A stretch of DNA of 64,000 nucleotides from Gammaproteobacteria bacterium (GTDB lineage: Bacteria; Pseudomonadota; Gammaproteobacteria; Eutrophobiales; Eutrophobiaceae), in assembly GCA_965208655.1 (NCBI GenBank), contig CBDBPJ010000003.1, positions 449,324 to 513,323 of the forward strand, written 5' to 3'. The position numbers and the translations under genes were made by a program. Positions within the stretch are counted from its first letter, which is position 1. Each line of letters opens with the position of its first letter. A model generated the notes under the pieces. It worked only from the letters and a program-made list of their open reading frames with translations. It was not told the origin of the DNA and ran no database searches. Positions 29,037 to 37,886 of this stretch are shown piece by piece.

Positions 29037-30217
29037 TGTCCCGCCTCCTCGTACGCAGCCAACTCCCGTCGCTCTACCTGCAAGGCCTCCCGCCACAGCG
29101 CTGCATGATGGGCCGGGATACTCTGCCAACCGGCGCCGGCCGGGCGCAACCGGTGCTCGGCAATACACCGGTCCTGGCCGTCCACCACGCGTAAGCGGTC
29201 ATCCAGGCCGATGTGCACCGTCACCGGTTGACCACAGTACACTGCCGGCACACTGTAGCGGTTGCCGCGCACCTCGATATACCCGTCCCAGGCCACAAAC
29301 CGCTGTTCCCGGTAAGCCGTATCAAAACGCACCGTCGGTAAGGGGGATAACTGTCCACGCTCTGCCTCAAACCGGTCTATGACGCGCTGCCGATGCGTCC
29401 CGTGCATGCGTGGGTCCGCCTCGTCCCGTAACCAACTCTCCAACTGCTGGTTCAGATGCGCCAGGGTCTCAAACTGCCGGTAGCGCACAAAGAAGTGTTC
29501 CTTCACATAACGCACCATGCGTTCGGTCTTGCCCTTGGTGCGCGCCCGGTACGGCCGGCACGCCTTCGGCATAAATCCGTAATGCCCCGCCAGGTCCAGA
29601 AAACGCGGATGAAACTGCACGCCTTCCCCCACTCGATGCGCAATCACCGCCGACTTCTGGTTGTCCACCAGCACCGTCTTCGTTACACCGCCCAGGTACG
29701 CAAAACTGCGCACCAGACACTCATAGGTGTGCGCCGCATCCTGACTGACCGTGCCCCACACATGAAACCGGCGCGAATACCCCAGCGTGTTCACCGCAAT
29801 AAACACCTTCTGCTCAAGTCCGCCTATCGCCGTCCAGACTTCGCCCCAGTCATGCTGTAACTGCTCCCCTGGCCCAGTCTCAAAACGCACCGTCGCCCGG
29901 CTCGCACGCAACGGACGCTTGGGCCGGATATAGGCCCGGATCAAACTCACTTCACCCGGATAACCCTGTCCCTGCAACTCGCGCTGAATCACCATCGCAT
30001 TCCACACCCCCGCCTGCAACAACCGGTCTATCGCCGGCTTGTACGGGTCCAGAATACTGCCCCGGGCACGCGGCCGTTTCCCGGCCGGCGCACCGCCTCG
30101 CTTCAATGCCCGACTCACCGTCCTGGGGTGTACCCCCAGCTCCCCGGCAATGTCTTTGATATACACCCCGTCGTCGTGTTTGTGTTGTATCATCAGATAG
30201 TCTCCTCGCTTGAGCAT
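29027..30217 (-). CDS. istA: IS21 transposase IstA
   Basis: 396 aa. N-terminal HTH (IAGELGVHPRTVSRALKR) and a DDE integrase core (HDWGE...VLVDNQKSAV...RPYRARTKGKTER). Confidence 0.9.
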   Translation of the reverse strand: MLKRGDYLMIQHKHDDGVYIKDIAGELGVHPRTVSRALKRGGAPAGKRPRARGSILDPYKPAIDRLLQAGVWNAMVIQRELQGQGYPGEVSLIRAYIRPKRPLRASRATVRFETGPGEQLQHDWGEVWTAIGGLEQKVFIAVNTLGYSRRFHVWGTVSQDAAHTYECLVRSFAYLGGVTKTVLVDNQKSAVIAHRVGEGVQFHPRFLDLAGHYGFMPKACRPYRARTKGKTERMVRYVKEHFFVRYRQFETLAHLNQQLESWLRDEADPRMHGTHRQRVIDRFEAERGQLSPLPTVRFDTAYREQRFVAWDGYIEVRGNRYSVPAVYCGQPVTVHIGLDDRLRVVDGQDRCIAEHRLRPAGAGWQSIPAHHAALWREALQVERRELAAYEEAGQWN

Positions 30218-30327
30218 CGGTTATCTCCTGTTCTTGAACAAAACAAGAAGGTAACCCCGATGCTCGGGTTGAGGGGACTTTTTAGTTTCCTGATATGGGG
30301 ACTTTTAACATACTTGCTGACAGTCGG

Positions 30328-30635
30328 CGCCAGGTCATACTTTCCTGGACCACGTACTCCAGGGCCGGGGAGGTACCGATTAGCACGGTGTCGACATTGG
30401 AGTCCTCGAAGGCCGCGGACAGGGCGCCGACAACAGGCACAAAAACCTTGAGTCGGTGCGGATACTGGCAGCCGCCGCCTTCAAACAGGTCCACGTCCTC
30501 AAGGCCCAGGGGTTGAATATTGGCCCGGAATTCTGTCTCAACGACAGTGCCCTCGACGTAATTGCCGAACATATCCCGCATCCCCGGCGTCTGCCGGCGC
30601 CTCACGATGGTGTCCGGATACTTCATATCGCGCAC
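30328..30635 (-). pseudogene. Phage head-tail joining-type gene interrupted near its 3' end by IS21
   Basis: Removing the IS and one TSD copy restores ...QESMTWRRHPTVATLLRET* with the stop overlapping the ATG (TGATG) of the next gene at 28125. The family assignment is weak. Confidence 0.4.
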
Positions 30636-31152
30636 GCCCGCCGTACCTTGAACGTCGTCAACAGCGCCATGCCGCCTCTATGCCGAAGCGCCGACAGGCT
30701 CGCGGTCGCGTACATCGTCGTGACCTGGCCTACTTGCTCACTTCATATCGATGCTCGGGGTTGCTTGCGGCCAACCAGCCCGCGAACCGGATCACGGTCT
30801 CCTTTTTCAGGGGTTGCGGGGCACCTGATGCGTAGTCCTCAACCAAGGCCGCGCTGGCGACGCCCAGGGCCTTGACACGACCATCCGATAGTTCCAGCCC
30901 GATTTCTGCCTTAAGGTGAGATGCCACCTGCAACTGAACCATCTGGCGGTTAGCAATTCACCCCCCGGAAATCTCCAATTTCCAGGTGATCCATTCTCTG
31001 AAGAAATGGAGTCTCCGGCAAACCCGGGGCGGTTCAAGTTTCATCCCAAATTGGAATCTCTCTATAGGAAAGACTAGCGTTGGATGTGGGATTGGTACTT
31101 TCGTGAAGTGCTCCTAGAGGTGATACAAGGCTTTGACGCATCCTCAAAGTCC

Positions 31153-32283
31153 TCATGTAGGCCCTAAACGCCAATCTTCAAAATCGAGTAGATTGCGAAT
31201 ATAAAGTTCGTACTGCTCCTCATTGTCGCTACTTTGATCAATATGATTGCTTCCACCGAGTAGATTAAGAAATCTGTCCAACTCACCGGCACGAAGTACG
31301 GGAATTTTCAGTTTGTATCCCCATCGCAAGCGCGCCTCATTACAAGCCTCCCCTTTCCCGCGAATGGAAAGTGTTGTGGAGTGATCTTCACCTTCGATGG
31401 TGGAATAAAATTTCTGGACTGCGTAATTTATGCTGTCGGCCTTGTAGAAATAGAAAGATCCGGCTCCGAGAGGTCGCGTGTCTGGCGCTACCATTGATTT
31501 CTTGTAGTCGTCAAAACTGACATAACGAACCCGGGCCAATCTAGTCTGATGATATAAAATTTCGTAATATCCTGCATGATTGTTATCGGAGCGAATTTCG
31601 CCACGGGTCCATTCTTCATGGCGAGCTATATGCTCTTCTGCGTCAGTGACCCTCAGGGTAAATTCTGGGAACACGGAATGGTAGAAATTAGCGTTACTTC
31701 CGCTATCGTCGATTAAAAGCGACCACTCAGCAGGATGGCTCAAATACAGTTTTACCCTTTGTAAAGGCGACCTGTCCAAGCCAAAGCGTTCACGCCACAT
31801 CCGTTCAATATCGTGAGGTTGTGCAGTATCATTTATTGGGGTATTTGTGTCACAGACGCGAGTATAAATATGGTGAGGGCGAACTTCGTCATATTTTTCG
31901 ACAAGATAGTAGGGTTTATGCGGAGCATCTGTTATTACAAGAACGTCAAGTAAAATTCCGTTGAGGATGATTTCATTTAGATAAAATTCCGGGAATCTAC
32001 GCTGGAAAAATTTGTTGGCATTACTCCGAAACAAGCCAGCAAAATTTGTTTGGGTTCTTCGTCCGGCGTCTGTATTTATTGGATGTAGGGAAAAATTTTT
32101 GTCATCAACTCCAAATATCAAAAATCGATCACCAGCATGTTTGGAGTTAGCAAGACATAGAACATCATGAATGAGATCAGCTTTTCTTTTGTGATGCTCA
32201 CGTTTGAAGTCCCAATATGCTCCTTCAGCTCTTCGGTTGATCAAGCTAGAGATAGTGCTTAGTAGAGTATCTTGTACGACCAT
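31153..32283 (-). CDS. AlbA_2/Schlafen-like putative DNA-binding domain protein with an uncharacterised C-terminal domain
   Basis: 376 aa. The N-terminus (AEGAYWDFKREHH...IHDVLCLANSKHAGDRFLIFGVDD) matches the pattern of the divergent-AAA/AlbA_2 domain (E.K...ANT.GG.L.GV.D). AT-rich codon usage. Confidence 0.5.
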   Translation of the reverse strand: MVVQDTLLSTISSLINRRAEGAYWDFKREHHKRKADLIHDVLCLANSKHAGDRFLIFGVDDKNFSLHPINTDAGRRTQTNFAGLFRSNANKFFQRRFPEFYLNEIILNGILLDVLVITDAPHKPYYLVEKYDEVRPHHIYTRVCDTNTPINDTAQPHDIERMWRERFGLDRSPLQRVKLYLSHPAEWSLLIDDSGSNANFYHSVFPEFTLRVTDAEEHIARHEEWTRGEIRSDNNHAGYYEILYHQTRLARVRYVSFDDYKKSMVAPDTRPLGAGSFYFYKADSINYAVQKFYSTIEGEDHSTTLSIRGKGEACNEARLRWGYKLKIPVLRAGELDRFLNLLGGSNHIDQSSDNEEQYELYIRNLLDFEDWRLGPT

Positions 32284-32419
32284 GGTAATGTATTTTCAGC
32301 TTTAGGTTGTCCAGCTTTCCACAGTTTCACCATACATTTTGAGGATCTGATGAAAAAGGACACAAATATTATCAGCGTCCCCTATCAGATACGTCAAATG
32401 TACTATTTTGAACTACGGT

Positions 32420-32530
32420 CTACAATCGAAAGGCTGCTGGCAACCATCGATATAGTGTCGGGATGGACACCCCCAAATTATTTGCTACTTCACGGGGCGG
32501 GATACTATCCTGCAGTAACCCCTTGGCAAC
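32420..32530 (-). pseudogene. Serine recombinase (resolvase/invertase) C-terminal HTH fragment
   Basis: The translation ...AKGLLQDSIPPREVANNLGVSIPTLYRWL resembles the C-terminal Hin/resolvase HTH. No catalytic domain lies upstream in frame. Confidence 0.45.
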
Positions 32531-33268
32531 CGTAAATTTGGAAGCATCCTTCGGAACGTCCTTGCCGGCGATTTGTCGGCGAGATTGGCGTGAAGGCCAG
32601 CAGCGTTGACCGCCAGGCCAGTCTGTCCAAACTGCAGACAGGTCTGGGCGTATGCGAACCATCGGCACACCGGGAACCGGTCAGGCAGCCGAGCAGACCG
32701 CTTAGAAATATTGGCACAGATTAGCACGCGAGCAACATCGCTAGCAAACGGGGCGGGGTATCGATCCCGCGGGAAATCTGTGGCCGCAAGGTGCACTACA
32801 CCCGAGTGGAGTTCCTGGATGTCTTCAACTCATCAGCTTCGTAGACCAGGGCAAACGCATTCAGTTTCACGAATGATGCCAGGAGGATGCCATTCTTGCG
32901 GCCATGTAGCTGGCGTCCCAGAAGTGGGATCAGTTCACGGTCAACGGCGGCGAGGAATACAAGGCACTATGCGCCCGGTTAGTGGCAGAGCACTGCTTCA
33001 AGCAGACAAATCCGGAATTTCAGGACACCATCAAGCAACTGCGCCAGTCCGGCCGGCCGCCGTGTGCCCGGAGCATAGCAAATACAAGATCGAGGTATTG
33101 AACGGTGAGTCACCAGCCCGTTTCAGGCCATAGCAACCCTTAGCTTCAGTCATTTCAGCCGCAGGCGTTATTGAATGGAAGCGATGAGACGATTTATACT
33201 TATATCTGGATGCAGTTCCCTCGTCTTATTGGGCGCTAACAGAGATACAGAAACCCCTAATTGATAAT

Positions 33269-33703
33269 ATGTGCTTGTCTTTACTCATATCTACAATTGC
33301 AATATCGATTGCACTTCTCAGCTTTGTTCTTTCTGTTTATCTTGCATTCAGGGACAGATCACATCTTAGTGTTGAGGCTACGTATCTACACAGTTGGGAA
33401 AACATATCTGACGCTATCTATCTTCACATAGTAAACGATGGCCGTCGGCCAATAACAGCCAGGCGTCTGGTTTTGGAATTCTTGAATGGAGACACAGATC
33501 AACACGCACTGAAACATAATGATAGAGTGTTGCGTTTACTAGAAAGTGAAGATTATGAAATAGCACTGGATTCAAGCAATTCAAATATCGTCGAATGGGC
33601 AAGATTACAAATATCAATAGCTTATGTCGAAGATTCAAAGGGCCATCAATATAATGCTAATAACTTCATAAACTGCCTTGTAGAGTATGCTAAAAATATA
33701 TAA
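33269..33703 (+). CDS. Hypothetical single-pass membrane protein
   Basis: 144 aa. N-terminal TM helix (LLISTIAISIALLSFVLSVYLAF) and an AT-rich soluble domain with no recognisable motif, followed by a hairpin terminator. Confidence 0.45.
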   Translation: MCLSLLISTIAISIALLSFVLSVYLAFRDRSHLSVEATYLHSWENISDAIYLHIVNDGRRPITARRLVLEFLNGDTDQHALKHNDRVLRLLESEDYEIALDSSNSNIVEWARLQISIAYVEDSKGHQYNANNFINCLVEYAKNI

Positions 33704-33713
33704 TACCCACTCT

Positions 33714-33740
33714 AATCGGGTAGTTCTTCAACCCGATTTT
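33714..33740 (+). terminator. Hairpin AATCGGGT-(9 nt)-ACCCGATT + TT after the membrane-protein ORF
   Basis: Read directly. The T-tract is weak. It suggests the membrane ORF is transcribed separately from the vsr-dcm operon. Confidence 0.4.
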
Positions 33741-33883
33741 AGAATTTGAATGTAGTTCTGACAGAACTTCTATAGAAGGCCATCATAGAATTTATAATTG
33801 GTACGATCTTCATAGGTAGTGCCAGGAATGATGATGACCTCCCCAAACATCATAAAATTAAAATCAAACTAGTTCTTGGTTAA

Positions 33884-34282
33884 ATGGATAGGTATACAGC
33901 CGAAAAAAGATCTTCTTTGATGTCTTTGGTAAAAGATAAGAATACGAAACTGGAGTTACTTGTCAGGTCAACGCTACACAAAAGCGGTCTACGTTTCAGA
34001 CTTCATCGTAAAGATCTTCCCGGCTCTCCGGATATCGTTTTGCCTAAACACAAAACCGTGATATTCGTGAATGGATGTTTCTGGCATGGCCACGACTGTC
34101 CCAAAGGACGTCGCCCTACCAGCAACCAAGAATTTTGGAATGAAAAGCTTGATAGAAATATGGCGCGCGATAAAGCGAATTATGTCCTACTACATAGATT
34201 GGGTTGGAGTGTGAAGATAATTTGGGAATGTGACTTACTCAATACCACAGCTAATATAATTGACAGCGTAAAATCCAGTTAA
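33884..34282 (+). CDS. vsr: Very short patch repair endonuclease
   Basis: 132 aa. Vsr hallmarks: RSSLMSLVKDKNTKLE, PGSPDIVLPKHKTVIFVNGCFWHGH, WSVKIIWECD. Confidence 0.9.
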   Translation: MDRYTAEKRSSLMSLVKDKNTKLELLVRSTLHKSGLRFRLHRKDLPGSPDIVLPKHKTVIFVNGCFWHGHDCPKGRRPTSNQEFWNEKLDRNMARDKANYVLLHRLGWSVKIIWECDLLNTTANIIDSVKSS

Positions 34283-34438
34283 ATTGGAATAATTCAGCAG
34301 AATAATTTGTATAAATTCTTCCATGCGTAGAAGGTGCGATATTGCGATTTCATGTAATATGGCTTCAAATGAGTCATCATCGTAAAGAGCACAAATTCAG
34401 GGAAAAATTGGACTTATTGTTGTTTAAATACAGTTGAG

Positions 34439-35647
34439 ATGAAATCGGAAATACCAAATTGCATCATTTGCGACCAAGATAATTCGGTCCTGAGGTCCAC
34501 AGTTCTTCCTTCGGAAAATCCTTCCTGGCCTAAATTTAGAGTTGCCGACCTTTTTTCAGGTTGTGGTGGCCTGTCGTTGGGAATACAAATGGCGTCTAAC
34601 GCTCTAGGTTACTCCCTAGATGTCAGGCTTGCGTTGGATTCAGACCAAGTAGCAATGAACGTGTATCAAAACTTATTCCCGTCAGCGAGGACTTTTTGTG
34701 TTCCTATAGAAGACTTATTCGACGGAGAGATCGGCTCTCCGAATTCTGAAACAGAAAGTGAGGTCAAGCGGCTTGTCGGTCCACTAGATATTTTACTGGG
34801 TGGCCCGCCATGTCAGGGGCACTCGAATCTAAACAATTATTCAAGGCGTGATGATCCAAGAAATGGGTTATACATCCGGATAGCTAGGGCGGCCGAAGTA
34901 CTACATCCATCGGCTATTCTCGCTGAGAATGTCCCCACCGTAACTTATGATGTTCGCAAAACTGTCCATCAAACCATAGGGAGGCTCAGTGAGATTGGTT
35001 ATACAATCGGACAGGATGTTGTAGACCTGTCGAATTTAGGTGTGCCACAGAAGCGACGCAGGCATGTAATAATAGCGGTTCAAGAAGATTACGATATCGA
35101 TGTTCAGAGGGTACTTGAAAGGTTAAAATTACCCATATGCGATCACATCCCAAGAAATGTTCAATGGGCTATCAGTGATCTGGAAGATGTTATTAAACCG
35201 AACCTTTTCAACTCACCTTCTCAACCCTATCCGATCAACCAATCCCGGATCAACTGGTTATTTGACAATGACGAGAGCGATTTACCCAATGTTCTGAGGC
35301 CACGTTGCCACCGTTCTGACCACAGCTACACTGCCATGTATGGTAGGATGAAATGGGATCTTCCAGCCCAAACTGTGACTACTGGTTTTAATTGCATAGG
35401 GCAAGGTAGGTACATTCATCCTTCTCGCCGAAGAGTAATTACTCCCCACGAAGCCGCGAGGCTACAGATGATCCCGGATTTCGTAGATTTTAGCACCGTT
35501 ACGGCAAGGAAACACTTGGCGAAGCTTATAGGGAATTCTGTGCCACCGCCGCTGGCGTTCGTCACCGGTAAGTTGATGATCCCGCATTTGAGAGGAATGT
35601 CTCTGTCCAGCCAAACTATTCGGAATACTGGAAGAAGACCTAGTTAA
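34439..35647 (+). CDS. dcm: DNA (cytosine-5)-methyltransferase (system A)
   Basis: 402 aa. Motif I FSGCGGLSLG, motif IV GGPPCQGHS, motif VI ENV, motif VIII QKRRRHVIIA, motif X GNSVPPPLA. Confidence 0.9.
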   Translation: MKSEIPNCIICDQDNSVLRSTVLPSENPSWPKFRVADLFSGCGGLSLGIQMASNALGYSLDVRLALDSDQVAMNVYQNLFPSARTFCVPIEDLFDGEIGSPNSETESEVKRLVGPLDILLGGPPCQGHSNLNNYSRRDDPRNGLYIRIARAAEVLHPSAILAENVPTVTYDVRKTVHQTIGRLSEIGYTIGQDVVDLSNLGVPQKRRRHVIIAVQEDYDIDVQRVLERLKLPICDHIPRNVQWAISDLEDVIKPNLFNSPSQPYPINQSRINWLFDNDESDLPNVLRPRCHRSDHSYTAMYGRMKWDLPAQTVTTGFNCIGQGRYIHPSRRRVITPHEAARLQMIPDFVDFSTVTARKHLAKLIGNSVPPPLAFVTGKLMIPHLRGMSLSSQTIRNTGRRPS

Positions 35648-35652
35648 TTACA

Positions 35653-37881
35653 ATGCGAAACCTCAAACCGATCAAATTCACTGTTGCTTCAGAACTACTT
35701 AGAGAACTGGGTGAGCGGTTAGTCGGTCGTCAGTATATCGCTCTCGCCGAATTGGTCAAGAACAGCTTTGATGCCGACGCATCCAAAGTTGAGATTCGTA
35801 TCCAAAACGATTGGATTGAGATATCCGACAACGGTCACGGCATGTCCGAGTATGACTTTGCAAATCGTTGGATGCGCGTTGGTTCGACCCATAAGGTCAA
35901 GGAGAAGTTGTCGCCGGAGTTAAAGCGTCCGTTAACGGGTTCAAAAGGGGTAGGACGGTTAGCTGCTCAATTCCTTGCGCATGAATTAGAGCTGACTTCT
36001 GTCCCAAAAAAGTCGCGACTGAAAAATCAATCAGCGCTTTGTGAGTTATACGCGATGGTAGATTGGGACACGGCAGTCCAGGCTGGAGAATTAACTCATG
36101 CAGAGGCACTATACGAACTGGACCAATCTCCGAGCGCAGTTTTCCCTCTCGGAAATCAACATGGTACTACGATAACTCTGAGAGGTCTCAAACATAAATG
36201 GGCATCTGAAGAATTTGAAGCCTTGGCCAGAGAAATATGGTTCCTCCAGCCACCATTCCGCTCCTTGAGACGGGTTTCCAAGGTAGACTCCAGCGATTTT
36301 GAAGTTGACTTTTCATCAACAGATCCAAAGGCGGTTTCTTTGTTCAAAACCCAGATGTCCCGTATATTGGACCTCTATACATCCCGTCTTGTAGGAAAAC
36401 TTTCATCTGTTGATAAATCGCAGAAAAAGCGAAAAATACAATTATCACTAGAACTAGAAAGTCAATCCGCCACAGCCTACGAGTATCAAGTTCCTATTCA
36501 CGGTGATGGCATATGTTTAATCGACTCACTTGAATTTGAAATTCGTATTTTTACATTAAAGCGCCGGCAACCTTATGGGATACCAGTACAAGATGCGCGT
36601 GAATATATGGCCGATTGGGGAGGGGTGCATATTTACGATGCAGGATTTCGAATACCATATGCCGGACCAGACTCGGATTGGTTGAAGCTAGAGTTCGATC
36701 ACTCGCATCGCTTAACACAATCCCAACTTCTCCCGGACGAATTGAACGTTCCGATGGGATTGAATTACCTACCAACAAATTCACGTGTTCTCGGTATCGT
36801 AAACATTGATACATCACTTGAGGCGAGGGATTCGAATACAAAACAACCTCCTTCGAATCAATACTTGCAGATACAAGTATCCCGAGATCGTTTGGTTGAC
36901 AACGAAGCGTTCCGCCAACTTCGAGACATCGTCAGGTACGCTATTGATTATTACGCAACCCGCCTAGCAGTTCTACGGCTTCAAGAGAGGCAGGATCAAC
37001 GGGCTGTGGGAAGCCCTTTATCCCTAATTCAAAACGTATGGGATGTACTAGGTCAACATGAAGATGTAATTCCTCAGTCAGTAGCAAGCCAACTTAGGAC
37101 TGAATTAAACAGGACTATCGATTCCGTTCGCGAACAATCCGAATGGGCAAAAAGCCAATCTGGATTGCTCGGAGCAATGGCAACAGTCGGGGCGACGGCT
37201 ATTGCATTTGATCATCAATTCAACCAGCAACTCAATATTTTGGAATCCCACATTACTTCTCTAAATAACCTGATTAACACTACCGGAGATCTGAAGAAAT
37301 CGATTAGTGTCATTTCTGACCAAATTTATAAATGGATTCAAGACGCACGTGATACACGCACGATATTCTCACCAATTACCGACGAAAGAAACAGGACGAC
37401 AGTAAGCCGCTTTAAGGCTAGACCGTTAGTTGAGAGCTTGAGCAACAACCTGAGAACTTTTCTTCGAGGGGTAAATGTGGACCTATCGCGTATCGATAGT
37501 GATTTATTGCTACCCGAGACTAGCTACCCGGTATGGATGGCAATCTTCCACAACGTTTTTATGAATGCTTTCAATGCAATGCTGGATAGCGACGTTAAAC
37601 AGATAACGGTATCATCATTTAAAAGAGGCGATAGAAGAGGAATTCGAGTCCACGACACGGGAATAGGCATCGATCTAGACATGGCGGATGAATTATTTAA
37701 ACCCTTAGTACGAGACTTGGAGATTTCCTCAGAACGTCGGGCATTGGGGTATGGAGGTACAGGATTGGGTTTAGCTATTGTAAAAATGTTGGCCACAGAC
37801 TTGAAGGGGGACGTTCGCTTCATCACCCCGGAAGCGCCATTCAAAACATGCTTTGAAATAGCATGGAACGAGGAGCAATGA
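35653..37881 (+). CDS. Dual GHKL protein: N-terminal MORC/HATPase_c_3-like ATPase + central H-box-like segment + C-terminal histidine-kinase-type HATPase_c
   Basis: 742 aa. The N-terminal Bergerat fold has ELVKNSFDADA (aa 33-43), DNGHGM (59-64) and GSKGVGRLA (96-104). There is an H-box-like AFDHQFNQQL with the His at residue 521. The C-terminal kinase boxes are HNVFMNAFNAM (N), HDTGIGI (G1), LFKPL (F) and GGTGLGLAIV (G2). Confidence 0.7.
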   Translation: MRNLKPIKFTVASELLRELGERLVGRQYIALAELVKNSFDADASKVEIRIQNDWIEISDNGHGMSEYDFANRWMRVGSTHKVKEKLSPELKRPLTGSKGVGRLAAQFLAHELELTSVPKKSRLKNQSALCELYAMVDWDTAVQAGELTHAEALYELDQSPSAVFPLGNQHGTTITLRGLKHKWASEEFEALAREIWFLQPPFRSLRRVSKVDSSDFEVDFSSTDPKAVSLFKTQMSRILDLYTSRLVGKLSSVDKSQKKRKIQLSLELESQSATAYEYQVPIHGDGICLIDSLEFEIRIFTLKRRQPYGIPVQDAREYMADWGGVHIYDAGFRIPYAGPDSDWLKLEFDHSHRLTQSQLLPDELNVPMGLNYLPTNSRVLGIVNIDTSLEARDSNTKQPPSNQYLQIQVSRDRLVDNEAFRQLRDIVRYAIDYYATRLAVLRLQERQDQRAVGSPLSLIQNVWDVLGQHEDVIPQSVASQLRTELNRTIDSVREQSEWAKSQSGLLGAMATVGATAIAFDHQFNQQLNILESHITSLNNLINTTGDLKKSISVISDQIYKWIQDARDTRTIFSPITDERNRTTVSRFKARPLVESLSNNLRTFLRGVNVDLSRIDSDLLLPETSYPVWMAIFHNVFMNAFNAMLDSDVKQITVSSFKRGDRRGIRVHDTGIGIDLDMADELFKPLVRDLEISSERRALGYGGTGLGLAIVKMLATDLKGDVRFITPEAPFKTCFEIAWNEEQ

Positions 37882-37886
37882 AATCT

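Larger units (their letters stand above)
28165..30322 (-). mobile_element. IS21-family insertion sequence, apparently intact, with 5-bp target duplication GTCGG
   Basis: Terminal inverted repeats TGTCAACAGG.../TGTCAGCAAG... with iterated subterminal repeats (AAAATGTCC x2; GGGGACTTTT x2), istA+istB inside, and GTCGG at both 28160-28164 and 30323-30327. Confidence 0.85.

Noticed and set aside
32606-33133. 175-aa listed ORF in the GC-rich patch
   Set aside because: The translation is low-complexity and Arg/Ser/Gly-rich. Another frame carries recognisable but stop-interrupted homology-like sequence. The region is better explained as gene debris.
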